This document shows positions 24,401-38,149 of a stretch of DNA of 64,000 nt, one piece after another. The notes under the pieces were generated by a model that saw only the letters and a list, made by a program, of their open reading frames with translations, was not told where the DNA came from and searched no databases. The position numbers and the translations under genes are program-made. How positions within the stretch are numbered: position 1 is the first letter of the stretch; every line of letters begins with the position of its first letter. Source of the stretch: Neoconidiobolus thromboides FSU 785 (Eukaryota > Fungi > Entomophthoromycota); the NCBI GenBank assembly GCA_025603075.1, contig MU626261.1, positions 62,001-126,000 on the forward strand, read 5' to 3'.

Positions 24401-27400
24401 TCCTGATTATTTGATTGAGAGTGAGAGACTTGTAAAGTCAACCGATATTGAGGATAAAGATTTATTGAGAAATAAGCAAACCAATAAAGATGAAACTGAG
24501 TCCAGTAGCACCACTATTGAAGATGAACTAAATGGGGAATCAGGCGTTGTGCTCGAAAAGGACATGTCGAATAATAATGAAACAAGTGATGATTCAGCTG
24601 GTACAGATACATCTGATAGATTAGTTAATATAAGCTTTCCAAGGGTTAAATCAGATTCTTCTGTTGGAATTCAAGAATATAAAAAAAGCCTACCAGAAGA
24701 TCTACAATATGAAGGCTTTGATAATAAAAAACCTAAGGAATTAAATACAGTTTTTTCTGGGAAATCATTTTCACGGAATAATGATGATCTGGGTGATATC
24801 GAAGACAGAACGGATCCTCTTGATACGAAAGATGGAAAAATCAAAAAGGACATTCATATACTGCGAGAATTTGAATCAATGAATGATATTAAAAAAGGTT
24901 TAGCTCCTAGAGAAGACCTAGAAATTCCTGATGACTATCTTGACAGAGAATTAAGCCCAATAGCTGAATCAGTTTCATCTGGGGCTTCGACTGAGGTAGA
25001 AGATACTCAAAAGAATTTAGGATCTGAAAAATCCTCTGCTAGTACACCAAAATCGTCGACTTTTCCAAATATGAGTTTATCAAATCAAGAAGAAAAACCA
25101 ATCACTGACAATACTATTGATCTGATACTGAATCAATCTTCGCAAAATGAAAATGATAACATTAGCTTTGAAAAAATTATCTCTGATACTAGTGTTATTG
25201 CTGAATCGCCTCAGAACATAAGTCAACAATACAGTAACAGCAATAAGATGAACTTAGTTACTTTTGATAGTAATATTATTAATGGAACAAGTGAGAGCAA
25301 ACTTTCAGAAAATGATGGATCTGACAGTTCTGAATTTAATATAGCTGATCTTAAAGCTAGTGATATTGATACTGATATTGATACTGATATTGATACTGAC
25401 AGAGAGGGGTATTCCCCTAGTGATGACGAATCAATAGGAAGTAGGGGTAATTTTCACTTTTATAGCTTTTAAATAGATTTTAATAGTTTTAGATTTAGGT
25501 AAAGGTACTCAAGAAAATTTAGGTCTAATTAGTAGGGAAGTTGATTCAAGAACAAACTCAAATATAGTGCTCGATCAAGAAAATATAATCATCGAAAAAC
25601 TCCCTGATATAACTGGGAATGAAGATGAGCTATTGAAAAGATACCAAGAATTGGTGGGACCTTCAGGTGTTGAGGATAAAAACGAAGAAGATTGGCCGAT
25701 TTCAAATGAGAATTTGGTAGAGGAATACTCATCTAAAAACAATTCTATCTATGAGCAAGATACATACGATTCTATACATTGTACAAACGATGAAGTAACA
25801 ACGAGCTCTGAGCACAAGGTAGTTGAGCAAAGTCTAAGATCTATAAACTCAATTCAAACTATTAGCGAGTTATCTGAAATTGAATATGTTGATAAAATTT
25901 TAAGCGAAGATGAAATTACTACAGATCAAGGACTTGATTTTACTGAAAGCAACATAGACAATACAGAGGTATCTTCTGATTCAGGAATAGAGACTAGTCC
26001 AAATATAGATAAAGATAATAGCTTAAAAACTCAAGAACTAAGTAGCGAAAACTATAGTGAAAGCTCCGTCGATTTATTTATAAAAAATGGCTCGACATCT
26101 GTCACTTCAAATACCATTGATTCAGACGATTCAGACTATTCAGAAGAAGGACAAGGCGGAAGCAAGCTGGCCTCAGAGGACTTAAAATCGGATAACCCTG
26201 CATCGAGCATAAGTTTAAGCAAAGAAGATTCTCCTATAAGAGTAAACCAGGAACAAAATGAGTTTATTATAAATCCAAAGCGTATATCCGTTACATTATT
26301 AAATGATTTTGATCTTGAAACTAACTATCCAAATTTCTATTTGCCTGGACCACCATCCAGATCACCAACCTTAAGTATATTGAGTACACCACCAAAGAAT
26401 GATTCAGATAATGAAACAAACAACTTGACTGTAAATGAAACTACAATCGAGTCTAGTATCGATGATACCGAAAGCTCTTCTCAAAATGAGGATAAAAATG
26501 AAAATGAAAATGAAAATGAAAATGAAAATGAAAATGAAAGTGATGCTAATGAATTAGCTGGAAATGAAGAAATTGATATATCGAAAATTGACGTTGAAAT
26601 TGAGGGTGGAAATTTGCCGATCGAATTGAATGACAATAAAATTGAAGCATCATCATTAAAAGGGAGTCAAAAGTCAGAATCATCCAAAAGTGTAAAAGAG
26701 GGTCAAAGAGATGCTTCTATTGATGGAGAAGAATCTGAATCAAAGCCAGTTATTCAAAAACTTGCGTCAGCAGCTGAATCGGATGATGAATTCGCATCTA
26801 CAGCACATACTGTTTTAGCACAAGAAGATAGTGTCCAAAATACTCGTGTCAAAAACAGTCTAGGTAACTCTCCAGATATGAGAAAGTCAGTTGATGTGGC
26901 TAATTTAACGGAGCAGACAATTTCTGATGATCGTAGACCATCAGTCAATACAGTCAATTTAACTAAAAGGAAATTAACAACTATTTATGCTATTGCTGGT
27001 ATATTTAATAAAACAAAAAATAAAAATTTAAGATTGACATATATTGCACCTCATGGAGCTGAATTTATGGCTGGCGAACCCATACCCCCCAATCCATATT
27101 ACCTTAACAGAGCTAACCAGAATCAAAATGGTAAAAAATCTGGGCCAAGGAGGGGTTCTAACTCTTCAATCTTATCAGGTCGGAGTGGAGGATCCAATAA
27201 TGATACCAGTCAAGCAAACTCAAGAAAGTCTTCACCATCAACCTCGAGGAAGGGATCCATAGATATTGGTAATAAGTCTGGAAATAGCTCTAGAAGAGGG
27301 TCTGCATCCAGTGTCATGGGAGGGAACAATGCCCATGCTATTGCTGCAGCTAAAGCCACCGCAGCTGTCGCATCTAAAGAAAGCAATAGAAGCTTGACGG

Positions 27401-28953
27401 TATCAGACAGTAACATTGGTTCAAATTTAAACATGGATAGTTCTGAAAAGACTGTTACACCAAAAGTTGATAGAAGGAGATCATCACAAATAGTAAACGG
27501 TATCGATATAAGTGAATTGGATTTTCTAGGCTATGATTACACAGATGAAGAAGTGAAATACAAAGATGGAATGTTGATTTACGCTACGATTAAAGCACTT
27601 GTCGAAAAACTTACTTTGCACGATAGTTCTATTGATTCAAAGTTTATTGAGACATTCTTATTAACCTTTAGAGCTTTCTGTAAACCCCCAATATTCCTTG
27701 ATCATCTAATTGAAAGATATTTAATTAAACCACCTGAGGGAATAAATGAACAACGCCTTGATATTTGGAGAACACATAAACAAACCGCTGTTAAAATAAG
27801 GGTCAATAACGTTTTGAAAATTTGGCTTGAGTCATATTTTTATATCAAAGATGATGGACCAATATTGGAAAAGTTAATGACTTTTGTTAGTGGCCCGATT
27901 ATGGAATGCATGCCTTCGGTTGCTACAAGGCTTCTAAAGAACTGTGAAAGCCTGTTAGAATCGTACAAACAAGAAAATGAATCTTCTAAATTAGCTATTT
28001 CAAAATCAATGGAATTAAAGAAAGCTTCAGCACTAGCAAAGCTTCCAAATATTCCACCACCATTACCCAATATTGGAAAAGGTATAGTTAAATCTTTACT
28101 TACAACCTTACCTTTTCGAATTACGGATTTGGATCCGATGGAAGTAGCTAGGCAGTTAACAATAATGGATTGTAAATCTTTTTGTGGTATTTTACCACAT
28201 GAACTTATTGGACTTGAATTTTCCAAAAAAGACTCTCCTTCAGTTAAATATGTTCGGATGATGACTGATACTACCAACGAAATTACTTCGCTTATATGTG
28301 ATTGTATTTTAAAAGAGCCAGACGTTAAAAAGAGATGTAATATAGTTAAATATTTCATCAAAGTAGGAGAAAACCTTTTAATATTAAAAAATTATAATTC
28401 TTTAATACCTATTGTTGGTGCCTTAAATTCGTCTATGATTGCTAGATTAAAAAGAACTTGGGCAATACTTCCACCTAAATTTCAGCAAACGTTTGATCAA
28501 TTGCGGAAAGCCACTGATCATAGCAAAAACTATGCTGAGTATAGAAACGTATTAAAAACCACTTTACCACCTTGTTTACCATTTTTAGGCATTTATCTTA
28601 CTGATTTAACGTTTACAGATGAAGGAAATTCAGCTTTCCAAGAAGGTGGAGATGACAGATTTAAGTTGGTGAATTTTGCAAAATACGCTAGAACCGTTTC
28701 AATTGTCCAAGAGATACAAAAATTCCAAGTACCCTATAATATAATTGAAGTTAAAGAGTTACAAATACGGATTAAAGCTTGGCTTAAAAGAGCGAACGAA
28801 ATCTGGGATGAAGATAAATATTACAATAATTCATTAGCGTTAGAACCAAGGGGGAACAAACAGCCAGCATTAACTACCAAATCTAAACAAGCAGTAAAAG
28901 AGTTGGCTATTACCGATAAAGATGTTGACCTTGCTCTTGTAGCTTATTTTTAA
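18500..28953 (+). CDS. Giant CDC25-type Ras guanine nucleotide exchange factor (~3,379 aa; C-terminal REM + RasGEF domains)
   Basis: Five ORF-track segments join in frame through phase-1 introns 19113-19280, 19542-19590, 23254-23304 and 25447-25492 (10,140 nt). REM: ATIKALVEKLT...FLLTFRAF. CDC25: DPMEVARQLT, NYNSL, RLKRTW, PCLPFLGIYLTDLTFTDEGN, VNFAK. Contains (DIDT)3 and (EN)n coding repeats. Confidence 0.85.
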
Positions 28954-31900
28954 ATTCAATAATATATTCATTTTATTATTTAATAAATTTTTACAAATTA
29001 TATTTAATTTTAAAAAACATGAAAATAGCCCCGATACTATAAAATATTTCCAAATTAATATTTTTGGCATGGAGTCTGTATTTTATTATTGTTTGACCAT
29101 TTTAGATAATAAAATAATACAGCTCAAATCAAACTAAGATAATTGAAATTTATATATTTCAATGGATATTATAAAAGATTTCAAAAGTATAATATTATTA
29201 AGAAAAATAAAACTATAGACTAACTATTTTAAAAAACAAACTTTTAACATAATTGGAAATTAACAGAACCATGGGTGTAACATTTTGTAGAAAAACAAGT
29301 ATATTTAATACTAAGGCTATTATTTGGTTTTATTCCTCTGTAGCTTAACCAACGTAAATAAACTTAAATTGACATTATTTAGATATAACAATGCGTTAAC
29401 CCTGTTTTAAGTCTATAGTATAAAAAAAGTAATATGAAATCAATATGAAAATAAAATTACTAATTTAATAAAGATTGGTATGAGAAATACAATAAGCAAG
29501 CGAAAGTATTTCACTAACTAGCGCAATAGAAAATTTATTGTTGATTTGAAAATCATTTCAAAAAATATATCTTTAGAAATAAACAATATTAATGGTTTAT
29601 CTTTGTTCCACTGTTTTATTTTATCTATGTATAGTTTACGCACATTTACAAAAAAGTGAACATTTCACAGTAAAAATTTACCATTACTTGAAAAAATTTA
29701 CGTATTTTCATACAAATTTAGCTATATTTTTTGCACAAGTTAGTTGAAAAGCTCAATTTAAATTATCCAATTTATTTTTCTACAAAATTGAACTGAGCAT
29801 CAAGTGTTACAAATTTTTTGTTTTTTTGCTTGATTTTAGAATAATTCATGTTCAAACGTTTTGTCCAGTCTTAGCAGTTTTTTTTGAAATTTTATGCTAC
29901 ATAGGAAATGGATAAAAGTGACTTAAAAAATCTTATTTTTAGTTTCAGCCTAGCTTTCAAACTTATCTTACATAAAAATGCATAAATTTATTTTCAAGTA
30001 AATAGCAAAAAAAATCAAAGTCACTTTTTTAGAAAAGTGCGTAAACTATAAAAATAATATTGAAAAACTTTTATTTTAAAATAAATGCTTAGAAATATTT
30101 CATATACCCAGGTACTATAGAAATATACATATATATAACTGTCTATATTTTTTACAGCCCAAAACCTAAACAAATTAATATATAACTTGATTTTAATCTT
30201 GTTCTTTTCAAATAAATTTAAAATCCTAAAAAGCCAGGTTTGTAAAAAATCAGCTAAAACTAGTATGTTTATTTTTTTTGGATTAATTAATAACAAATTT
30301 ATACTACAATTAATAATAAAAAGTATATCAAAAACATTAAAGAAATGAACTTATTATATTTCCTACTCTAATAATTATTTTTATTCAAAATATTCCATTT
30401 TAAGATAATTTAAGATTTTTCTCGTTTATGAAAAACTTTGTATATCATATACTTAATTTCTAATATCCCATATTTTATACTATGGAGTGCTGTGGTAAAC
30501 AGATATTAAGACTGTCAATCTAAGATTATTAAAATATTAAAAGTACCGCAAAATTTAAAAAAATTCAAAATGGAAGTTTTATTAAATCTGTTTTGGTTCC
30601 AGCGCTATTTAGCTAGAATTTTGTAATATGATTTGTACTACTGCCTTATTTTGAAGCTGAAGCCTAATTTCTATTCCTAAATGAATAAACATTACCACAT
30701 ATTTTGAACGATGTTCCACTTTTGACCTATATTGTGAATAAGTTAAGTAAACAAATTTCAGGAATTTTCAAAAAATTACATTACCCCCATTTCTCCATTA
30801 ACTAATATTTTTAAAGAACAAATACCTGTAAAAAAACTCAACGTTTAAATTCATTCACTGAATCACCTTTACCCTACTATTCCCGGAAACCATAATTAAA
30901 ATCTGTGTCAGCTGGATCAAAACATACAAATAAGTAAAGACTAATCTAAGGATGATGAAGTTGGTAACCCCAAAAAATTATAAACCATTCGCATTTTTAA
31001 ATTTATTTGGTAATATGGCAATGACACTGATCATCAGACGATGCATCTGATGACAGGCAGGTCAAAATATAGTCCTGAGTCTAAATAAAATGTAAACTGT
31101 AGTATTCTATTAAATGCATTTTTGCTTTTATCTTAATTTTTGAGTTAATGATATCAAGATCAAAAGCATAAAAAACGATACCAGAATGCTAAAAGTAATG
31201 ATAAGAAACTTTAAACTACATTAAATACTATTGGTTATATTTCAAATTGCTATTATTAAAATTCTAACTTGGATCTATTAAACCCGAAAAAGCCATATTT
31301 ACAAAATAGGAAATCCTTTCAAGTAATCAAATTAAGTTTCAATGTAAAAATCCTGTAAAAAATAGTTTGTACCATCATTTGAGTGCAATATACTGCCTAT
31401 GTGTCAGGCTAGATAATTCTGAACCATATGGTACTTCAATCTTTTTATTTAATTTATTTACCCCCTTTCTTATAAAAAGATTTTGCTCCTAAAACCTCCA
31501 CTTGATGTCTTATAACGTGAGAACATGATATTTTAAGATAAGATTAAGATAGTAGGTTTAAATATTTTATTGATGTGTTTTTATTTTACATTAAATTTTT
31601 TATTATGCTTATATTAAATTTATTATAAATTTTTATATAAAAATAATTTGTATGGTTTGCTAAGATTTCACTCAGTTTATACATAAAATCCACACCTTAT
31701 GTTGGGCATAACTTATAAACAAATAAATCAGTAAGAATAGAAAGTGTTTAATTCGCCGAAATGAGCATCAAACGTAATAATGTAAGGACAGACACATAAT
31801 AACGTAGGATCCAACTAAATAACAAAAAGTTAAAGCTTAAGACCATTACAAATGTAATATACGTTTATATTCCATTAAATGGTAATATTGTGATTTTGAT

Positions 31901-32885
31901 ATTTATAATGAATATCAAATTTGCTCCATATAGGAAATCACAGTTCTATTCTTAGATTATGGTTAAATTTTGTCTCAAAGTTTATAGCAATTATTCTATA
32001 AATAAACTTTAAAAATTCCATATTAATTTTTCTGAGCATTTTTACAGTTATGTTCTTTGCAATCAATTTATTATATTATTTAAGGGTGGTACGATAATGA
32101 CCTGTTTAAGCTGAGCAAAATGTCATATTACCATTTTTTATCCACACTTGGATCATATTATCAGTTAATGCTTTCTAGGCTTTTATCAAGTAAAAAATAT
32201 AATTTATAGTATCATCCATATTTCGTGAATATTAATAATATATTTTAAATTAGGCTTTATGTTGTTTGAAATAATTTTTACATTTGAAAACTCGTACTCG
32301 TCACATTCGAACTGTAAGTAAGCGAGTGAGCTATAGCTTCGTCAAATATAATGCGATCTTATTCGTATTTCCGACCAAACAAAAATGATTAAATATTCAA
32401 TTGCTGTAAGCTTTATATTTATTCTTCATTCCACCTTAACTTTCTATATTTATAAAATTAATTTCAAATCTATGCCCTCCACTTTACTTGTCAGCTTTGA
32501 AAAGTACTATCATCAATGCTTTCTCTACTTTTTTCTATTATAAATTATCACCAGATTTTTTACTTCCAAATTTGGTTAAGGTTAGAAGTAAAAATCCCCC
32601 AAAGATCACTTTCACCCAGTTAAAAATAAAATAAAATAGAAGGAACAAAGCATCTGACCTAAGATTTTGACTTTCTTAATTGATTTCGTTTAAAAAGGTT
32701 TTCCAAAACTGAAGAGTATAAATATCCCGTGAAAGTCTTCTATGTTCATCAATTTTTAAGATTAAGTCTAATCCTTTTCTTAATTAATAGCTAAGTTTAT
32801 ATTTTAGTTTGGTAAAACTTATTTCTAGTTCTTTATCCAATTTATACTCCAACAAACTTTGAATTTCAACTTATTCGCTTAAATT

Positions 32886-34247
32886 ATGGGAATTAAGTAT
32901 ACTTCTGCTTACTTCCAGGTAATCCTGGTTGGTTTTATTTGTTTCTGCTGCCCTGGTATGTTCAATGTATTGAACAGTATTGGTGGTGGTGGTCTTGTTG
33001 ATGATAATACTTCCAAATATGCCAATGTTGCTATTTATACCACTTTTACCGTATTCGGTATTCTTGGTGGAGGTATTGTAAACATTCTCGGGACTAAATG
33101 GTCTTTGGCTATTTCTGGTATTGGTTATGCTTTTTATTCTGCTTCTTATCTTATTTATAATGCAACTGGAGCCGGTGGCGTTGTAATTTTTGCAGGTGCT
33201 TTATTAGGTGCATGTGCTGGCGTACTTTGGGCTGCTCAAGGTCAAATCATGATGGCATATGCTACTGAAAGTAACAAAGGTAAATATATTGCTACTTTTT
33301 GGATTATTTTCAACTTGGGTGCTGTACTCGGTTCTATTATCCCATTTGCCCTTAACTATCATCAAAAAGCCGGTGCTCTTGGACAAGGTACCTACATCGG
33401 CTTGATCATTGTTATGCTTGTTGGTTGTGCCATTTCGCTTGCTTTAGCACCGATTGGTAAAGTAGTACGTGAAGATGGAACACCAGTCAAAATTACACCA
33501 TACGAAAATGTACTCTCTGAAGCTATTGGTGCCTTAAAAGTCTTCACTGACTTTAAGATGCTTGCTCTTCTTCCATTGTTCCTTGCTTCTAATTGGTTCT
33601 ATACTTATCAATTCGATCTTTATAATGGTATTTTATTCAACGTACGTACTCGTTCCTTCAATAACATTTGGTACTGGTCCATGCAAATGGTTGGTGCCTT
33701 TGGTATTGGTAAAATTCTTGATAATTCTAAAATGTCTCGTTCAAAACGCGGCCTTTATGGACTTGCCGCTTTAACCATTGCTTTCACCGCTGTATGGGCT
33801 GGAGGTTTGGCTTTCCAAAATACCTTCACCAAAGAAGATAATAAATACTTTGTGATTCACGAAGAGAACCCTGATGCTGGTAAGGGTATCGATTTTACAC
33901 ACGGCAAGGATTATGCGGGGCCCCTTGTTCTTTATATGCTCTACGGTTTATTAGATGCTATGCTTCAAAGTCTTTCTTATTGGGTTATGGGCTCTCTCAG
34001 CAATGATGCTCAAACTCTTACTCGCTATGCTGGTTTTTACAAAGGTATTCAATCTTTTGGTGCTGCCATTGCCTGGGGTATCTCTACCTCTAGCGCTTCT
34101 TACCTTGCTCAGCTTATTATCTGCTGGGCATTACTTGAAATCTCCGTACCAGGTGCATTCTTTGTCATCAAGAACATCTCTGATTATGGCGATGATAATC
34201 AGCCAGGAGTTACAAAGAACGAAATTGACCTCGAAGCTAAATCTTAA
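32886..34247 (+). CDS. UNC-93-like MFS membrane protein, paralog 1 (453 aa)
   Basis: Intronless; about 12 hydrophobic segments; family-typical FCCPGMFN..GGGG, GVLWAAQG and RYAGFYKGIQS. Confidence 0.88.
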   Translation: MGIKYTSAYFQVILVGFICFCCPGMFNVLNSIGGGGLVDDNTSKYANVAIYTTFTVFGILGGGIVNILGTKWSLAISGIGYAFYSASYLIYNATGAGGVVIFAGALLGACAGVLWAAQGQIMMAYATESNKGKYIATFWIIFNLGAVLGSIIPFALNYHQKAGALGQGTYIGLIIVMLVGCAISLALAPIGKVVREDGTPVKITPYENVLSEAIGALKVFTDFKMLALLPLFLASNWFYTYQFDLYNGILFNVRTRSFNNIWYWSMQMVGAFGIGKILDNSKMSRSKRGLYGLAALTIAFTAVWAGGLAFQNTFTKEDNKYFVIHEENPDAGKGIDFTHGKDYAGPLVLYMLYGLLDAMLQSLSYWVMGSLSNDAQTLTRYAGFYKGIQSFGAAIAWGISTSSASYLAQLIICWALLEISVPGAFFVIKNISDYGDDNQPGVTKNEIDLEAKS

Positions 34248-34459
34248 GCCATTTGAATCCCTATTAACTTATCATTTTTAATAATAATCATTTTAAATTT
34301 TATTGTTTTTTAGTTCGATTTTATACCAAATCTTTGATTTTATTTTCAATTATACTAATAAAAGTTAAGCTATAAATTTAAATACAAAATATCTAATAGT
34401 AGTGAATATCAATTCAAAGTTAATTGATTTTATTGTCATTTACCTATTATTCAAAATAT

Positions 34460-35815
34460 TTATGACTTTGAATTAAGTTCATGGTCAAAACTTTCTTTTG
34501 GAACTTCGGACAAATTATAATCTTCTAAAGATCTTACAACAAGGAATGCTCCAGGAACAGATACTTCAAGTAACACCCAACAAATGATCAGCTGTGTTAA
34601 GTAGCTTGCACTAGTAGTTGACACGCCCCAAGCAACAGCTGCACCAGCTGATTGAATACCTTTATAGAAACCAGCATAACGAGTAAGTATAAGTGCATCG
34701 TTGTGTAAAGATCCCATGATCCAATATGCAAGGGTTTGTAACATAGCATCAAGTAAACCAAATAGCAAATATAATACTATTAAACCTCCATAATTTGATG
34801 AAGTAAAGTCGACTCCAGGGCTACTTGCTGTAGGAGCAGTGTAAGCTTTAAATGGGTTATCTTCAGCCGTGAATTGAAGTTGAAAAGCTAATGCTCCACC
34901 CCAAACTGCAGTAAATGAAATAGTCAAGGCAGCAAGTCCGATAAGTCCCTTTGAAGATCGTTTCATTTTTGGATAATCAAGAAGCTTTCCCATACCATAA
35001 GCACCAACCATTTGTGCCGCCCAATACCAAATATTATTAAATGAACGTGTACGAAGATTAAATACAAAATAGTTCATAATATCCCATTGATAAGTATAAA
35101 AGTAATTTGATGCAACAAATAGGGGCACTAATACTACCATTTTCCAGTTCAAGAACACCTTTAGCACTTCAATCGCTTCTGATAGAATATTTTCATATTT
35201 TGTAACCTTAACTGGAGAACCGTCATGACGCACAACTTTTTCAATAGGAGCTAAACCGAGAGAAATGGCACAACCAACAAGCATAACAACGATTAAACCA
35301 ATATAGGTACCATTTCCAAGTTTTCCAGATGCTGAATTGAAATTCAATGAAAATGGAATGATATTACCGAGGACAGAGCCTAAGTTGAATATAATCCAAG
35401 TAATTGAAATATATTTCCCTCTTACTTCATCGGTGGCATAAGACATCATTATTCTACCTTGAGCAGCCCAAAGCACACCAGCACATGCACCTAATAAAGC
35501 ACCTGCAAGGATAACTACCCACCCAGCACCTGTAGCACTAAAAATAAGGAAAGAAGCAGAATAAAAAGCATATCCAAGCCCAGATATTGCTATAGACCAT
35601 TTGGAACCAACAATGTTCACAATACCACCACCAATGATACCAAAGAGAGCAAATGTAACATTCAAGGCTACATTGGCATTCCTTGATACATTCGGATCAT
35701 CTACCAAACCACCACCACCGATACTGTTCAATACATTGAACATCCCAGGACAGCAAAAGCAAACGAAACCCACCAAAATGATTTGAAATAATGCGGATGT
35801 GTATTTTACAGCCAT
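34460..35815 (-). CDS. UNC-93-like MFS membrane protein, paralog 2 (451 aa)
   Basis: Intronless; collinear and highly similar to paralog 1; convergent with it. Confidence 0.88.
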   Translation of the reverse strand: MAVKYTSALFQIILVGFVCFCCPGMFNVLNSIGGGGLVDDPNVSRNANVALNVTFALFGIIGGGIVNIVGSKWSIAISGLGYAFYSASFLIFSATGAGWVVILAGALLGACAGVLWAAQGRIMMSYATDEVRGKYISITWIIFNLGSVLGNIIPFSLNFNSASGKLGNGTYIGLIVVMLVGCAISLGLAPIEKVVRHDGSPVKVTKYENILSEAIEVLKVFLNWKMVVLVPLFVASNYFYTYQWDIMNYFVFNLRTRSFNNIWYWAAQMVGAYGMGKLLDYPKMKRSSKGLIGLAALTISFTAVWGGALAFQLQFTAEDNPFKAYTAPTASSPGVDFTSSNYGGLIVLYLLFGLLDAMLQTLAYWIMGSLHNDALILTRYAGFYKGIQSAGAAVAWGVSTTSASYLTQLIICWVLLEVSVPGAFLVVRSLEDYNLSEVPKESFDHELNSKS

Positions 35816-37949
35816 AATTAACTATTTAAACAAAATAATTATTTTTAAACATTTAGGCCTAAATTTTAGGTTTATATACTCTCCAACAATGAACTTTATT
35901 TCTTAGTTTATTTGTTTATGTTACAACTAAGCTTTAAATACAGGTGATCTAAAGTCTAATTTTTCATCTTTTTTCTTTAATGATACTCACGCAGGCCAAG
36001 TAAGAATAAGACTTTTTTAAAGTACAAAGTAAACCTATTTAAAAAATCCGAGAACTTGCCGGAAATATTTAAATGTAATTATTGTATATTCACTGAAAAA
36101 TAACCGTATCCTAACTACTTTTACAAATAAGAAAAGGAACATCATACTTTATTGTTCATTTTTGAATATTTAAACGTGACATTTTTGGATGTTATGTATA
36201 AGGTAGATGATGCTTGAATCTTTGGAATACTCGGCTTTTGATCCTTTTATCACATTATTGAAGTTATGCCTTATTATAGAATGGTTAGGCTTTAAGCTTA
36301 ATTACTTTTTTTAGGTTGTAAATGTACAAATCCAAAGTTAGTCTAGGTTAGATCATTAGCCTCTACACATTACTTAAACGTATGCATTATATTAGGATAG
36401 TTTAGTATTTAATTCCTAATTAAATAAAAGTAATTTGTATAAGAAACTAAATCAGGACTGTAGGTATTTGTGATATCAATCAAGTATTACATTACTCTAT
36501 GGACCCACTTAGTTTACTCATTATCCTATAATCTTTATTCACCCTTGACGTTAATAGTATAATAAAGTGAATGATACAAAGTTCAAATCAGATACTTTAA
36601 TTTGTAAGAGTTAATATCAGAAACCTTAAGTGAAAGCTTTGAAATCAACAATATGTATTTATAGAAAATGCTTTTTCATTAATTTATTTATAATATTAAT
36701 TAAACAGATATAAATAGCACTAATTTCCTTATATAAAACTATGTCGTTTTTGAACTAGATTGGAAATTTCCATAAGCATCAAAATCTGTTTATTAGCAAC
36801 AGTTAATGTTACAAATATCGCGACAAAAACATACAAAAGATGTCTATATGACAGTTCAATTAAATATACTACTCCGTAATTCCAAAGCAATAAGAGAATT
36901 CTAGAAACAGCGAATGTAACATAATATATGCAATAATACTATATTCATAAATTTTAATCTTTGAAGGATAAAAAGGGAGCTATTTTATACAAAATAAAAC
37001 AAATAGATGGCCCGATATTTATTCATAAAAAGTAATTTTTTGTTTTTCTTAAAAGTTTGTCCAACTTATTCTTACATTTAATTTATAGTTTATAGATTTT
37101 CAGTCTTATTAAATTCATTATAGATCGCTTTTGTTCTTAGAATTGCTTAAAATTGTTGTGTTCTATTAAGTTTATTCAAATAGAATTTAAATTTAAGTCT
37201 GTAAGCCAACTTATTGTTATCATACCTTTTTTACTATACAATTTTGTTAAAATTATATTGCTATACAAACTTATAACATTTAAGTATCATAGTTCCATAT
37301 TGTTATAAACTAAATGTCTAAGTAAGAACTTATAATTCAAAGCTCATAATTTAATAACTACTTTACCACAATAGTTACATAAATAAATTTATTTGTATAC
37401 ATTACTTTATAGATCATTCAACGGGAGTGATCACTTAATATTTAGATTAAATATAGAACGTTACAGAGTTATAAATAAAATTTAATGATTTAATAAATAA
37501 TATAAGGAAATGTACTAATTAATATTTAGCCCCGTAGTAGTGACAAAATTAAAAAACCTATTTGAAAGCCAAATGGATCTTATAACAAATAGTAAAATTT
37601 CCGAACAAATGTACACTTTCTAAGAAAACATTTAACGCGAATTAATACCATATATCCTAAATCTTTTATAAATAGACTAGTTTACTGAAATCAAAATAAA
37701 TGAAATCAATAAAAATTTAAGTAAAATGAATTTACATGGAGACATACATGTCTGAATTGATTTCATTTTTTTACATAATTTTAAATTTTAGATTATAAAT
37801 AGAATAATCAATAAAATATTATCAAAATAAAACTCAGTTTTTTAAATATTTTGTATTTTAAAAACTTTGCTTAAAACTCTATGGAAATAAACTATTTAAA
37901 AGGTAAAAGTACCTAATAGTTTTAAGAAAATTCAATAAAAATACAATAT

Positions 37950-38048
37950 GGGGATGTATTTTTGTGTTTAAGAATTTTACTAACAACTTTTCCGCTTAAA
38001 TAGCGCTTAAAAAATGGAAAAAGTAATGAAGTCAAAAAAAACATCCCC
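37950..38048 (-). mobile_element. MITE family A copy (reverse orientation)
   Basis: GGGGATGT...ACATCCCC termini; ATAT on both flanks. Confidence 0.9.
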
Positions 38049-38149
38049 ATATGGAATAATGTATAAGTTAGTATAAGCAGTTATTACAACTAATTTCACA
38101 AAACATGGTTTAAATAATATACTATAAAAAATTTTATAATTAATACTTA

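Noticed and set aside
18703-28361. Numerous minus-strand ORFs (and similar shadows over Nox, HSF, MFS, RPS1 and UTP10)
   Set aside because: Antisense or alternate-frame shadows of well-supported genes; no motifs.
30021-30296. AT-rich short ORFs in intergenic DNA (also 6367-6552, 12442-12648, 15701-15925)
   Set aside because: F/I/K/L/N/Y-rich translations typical of random AT-rich sequence; 12442-12648 lies within a palindrome arm.
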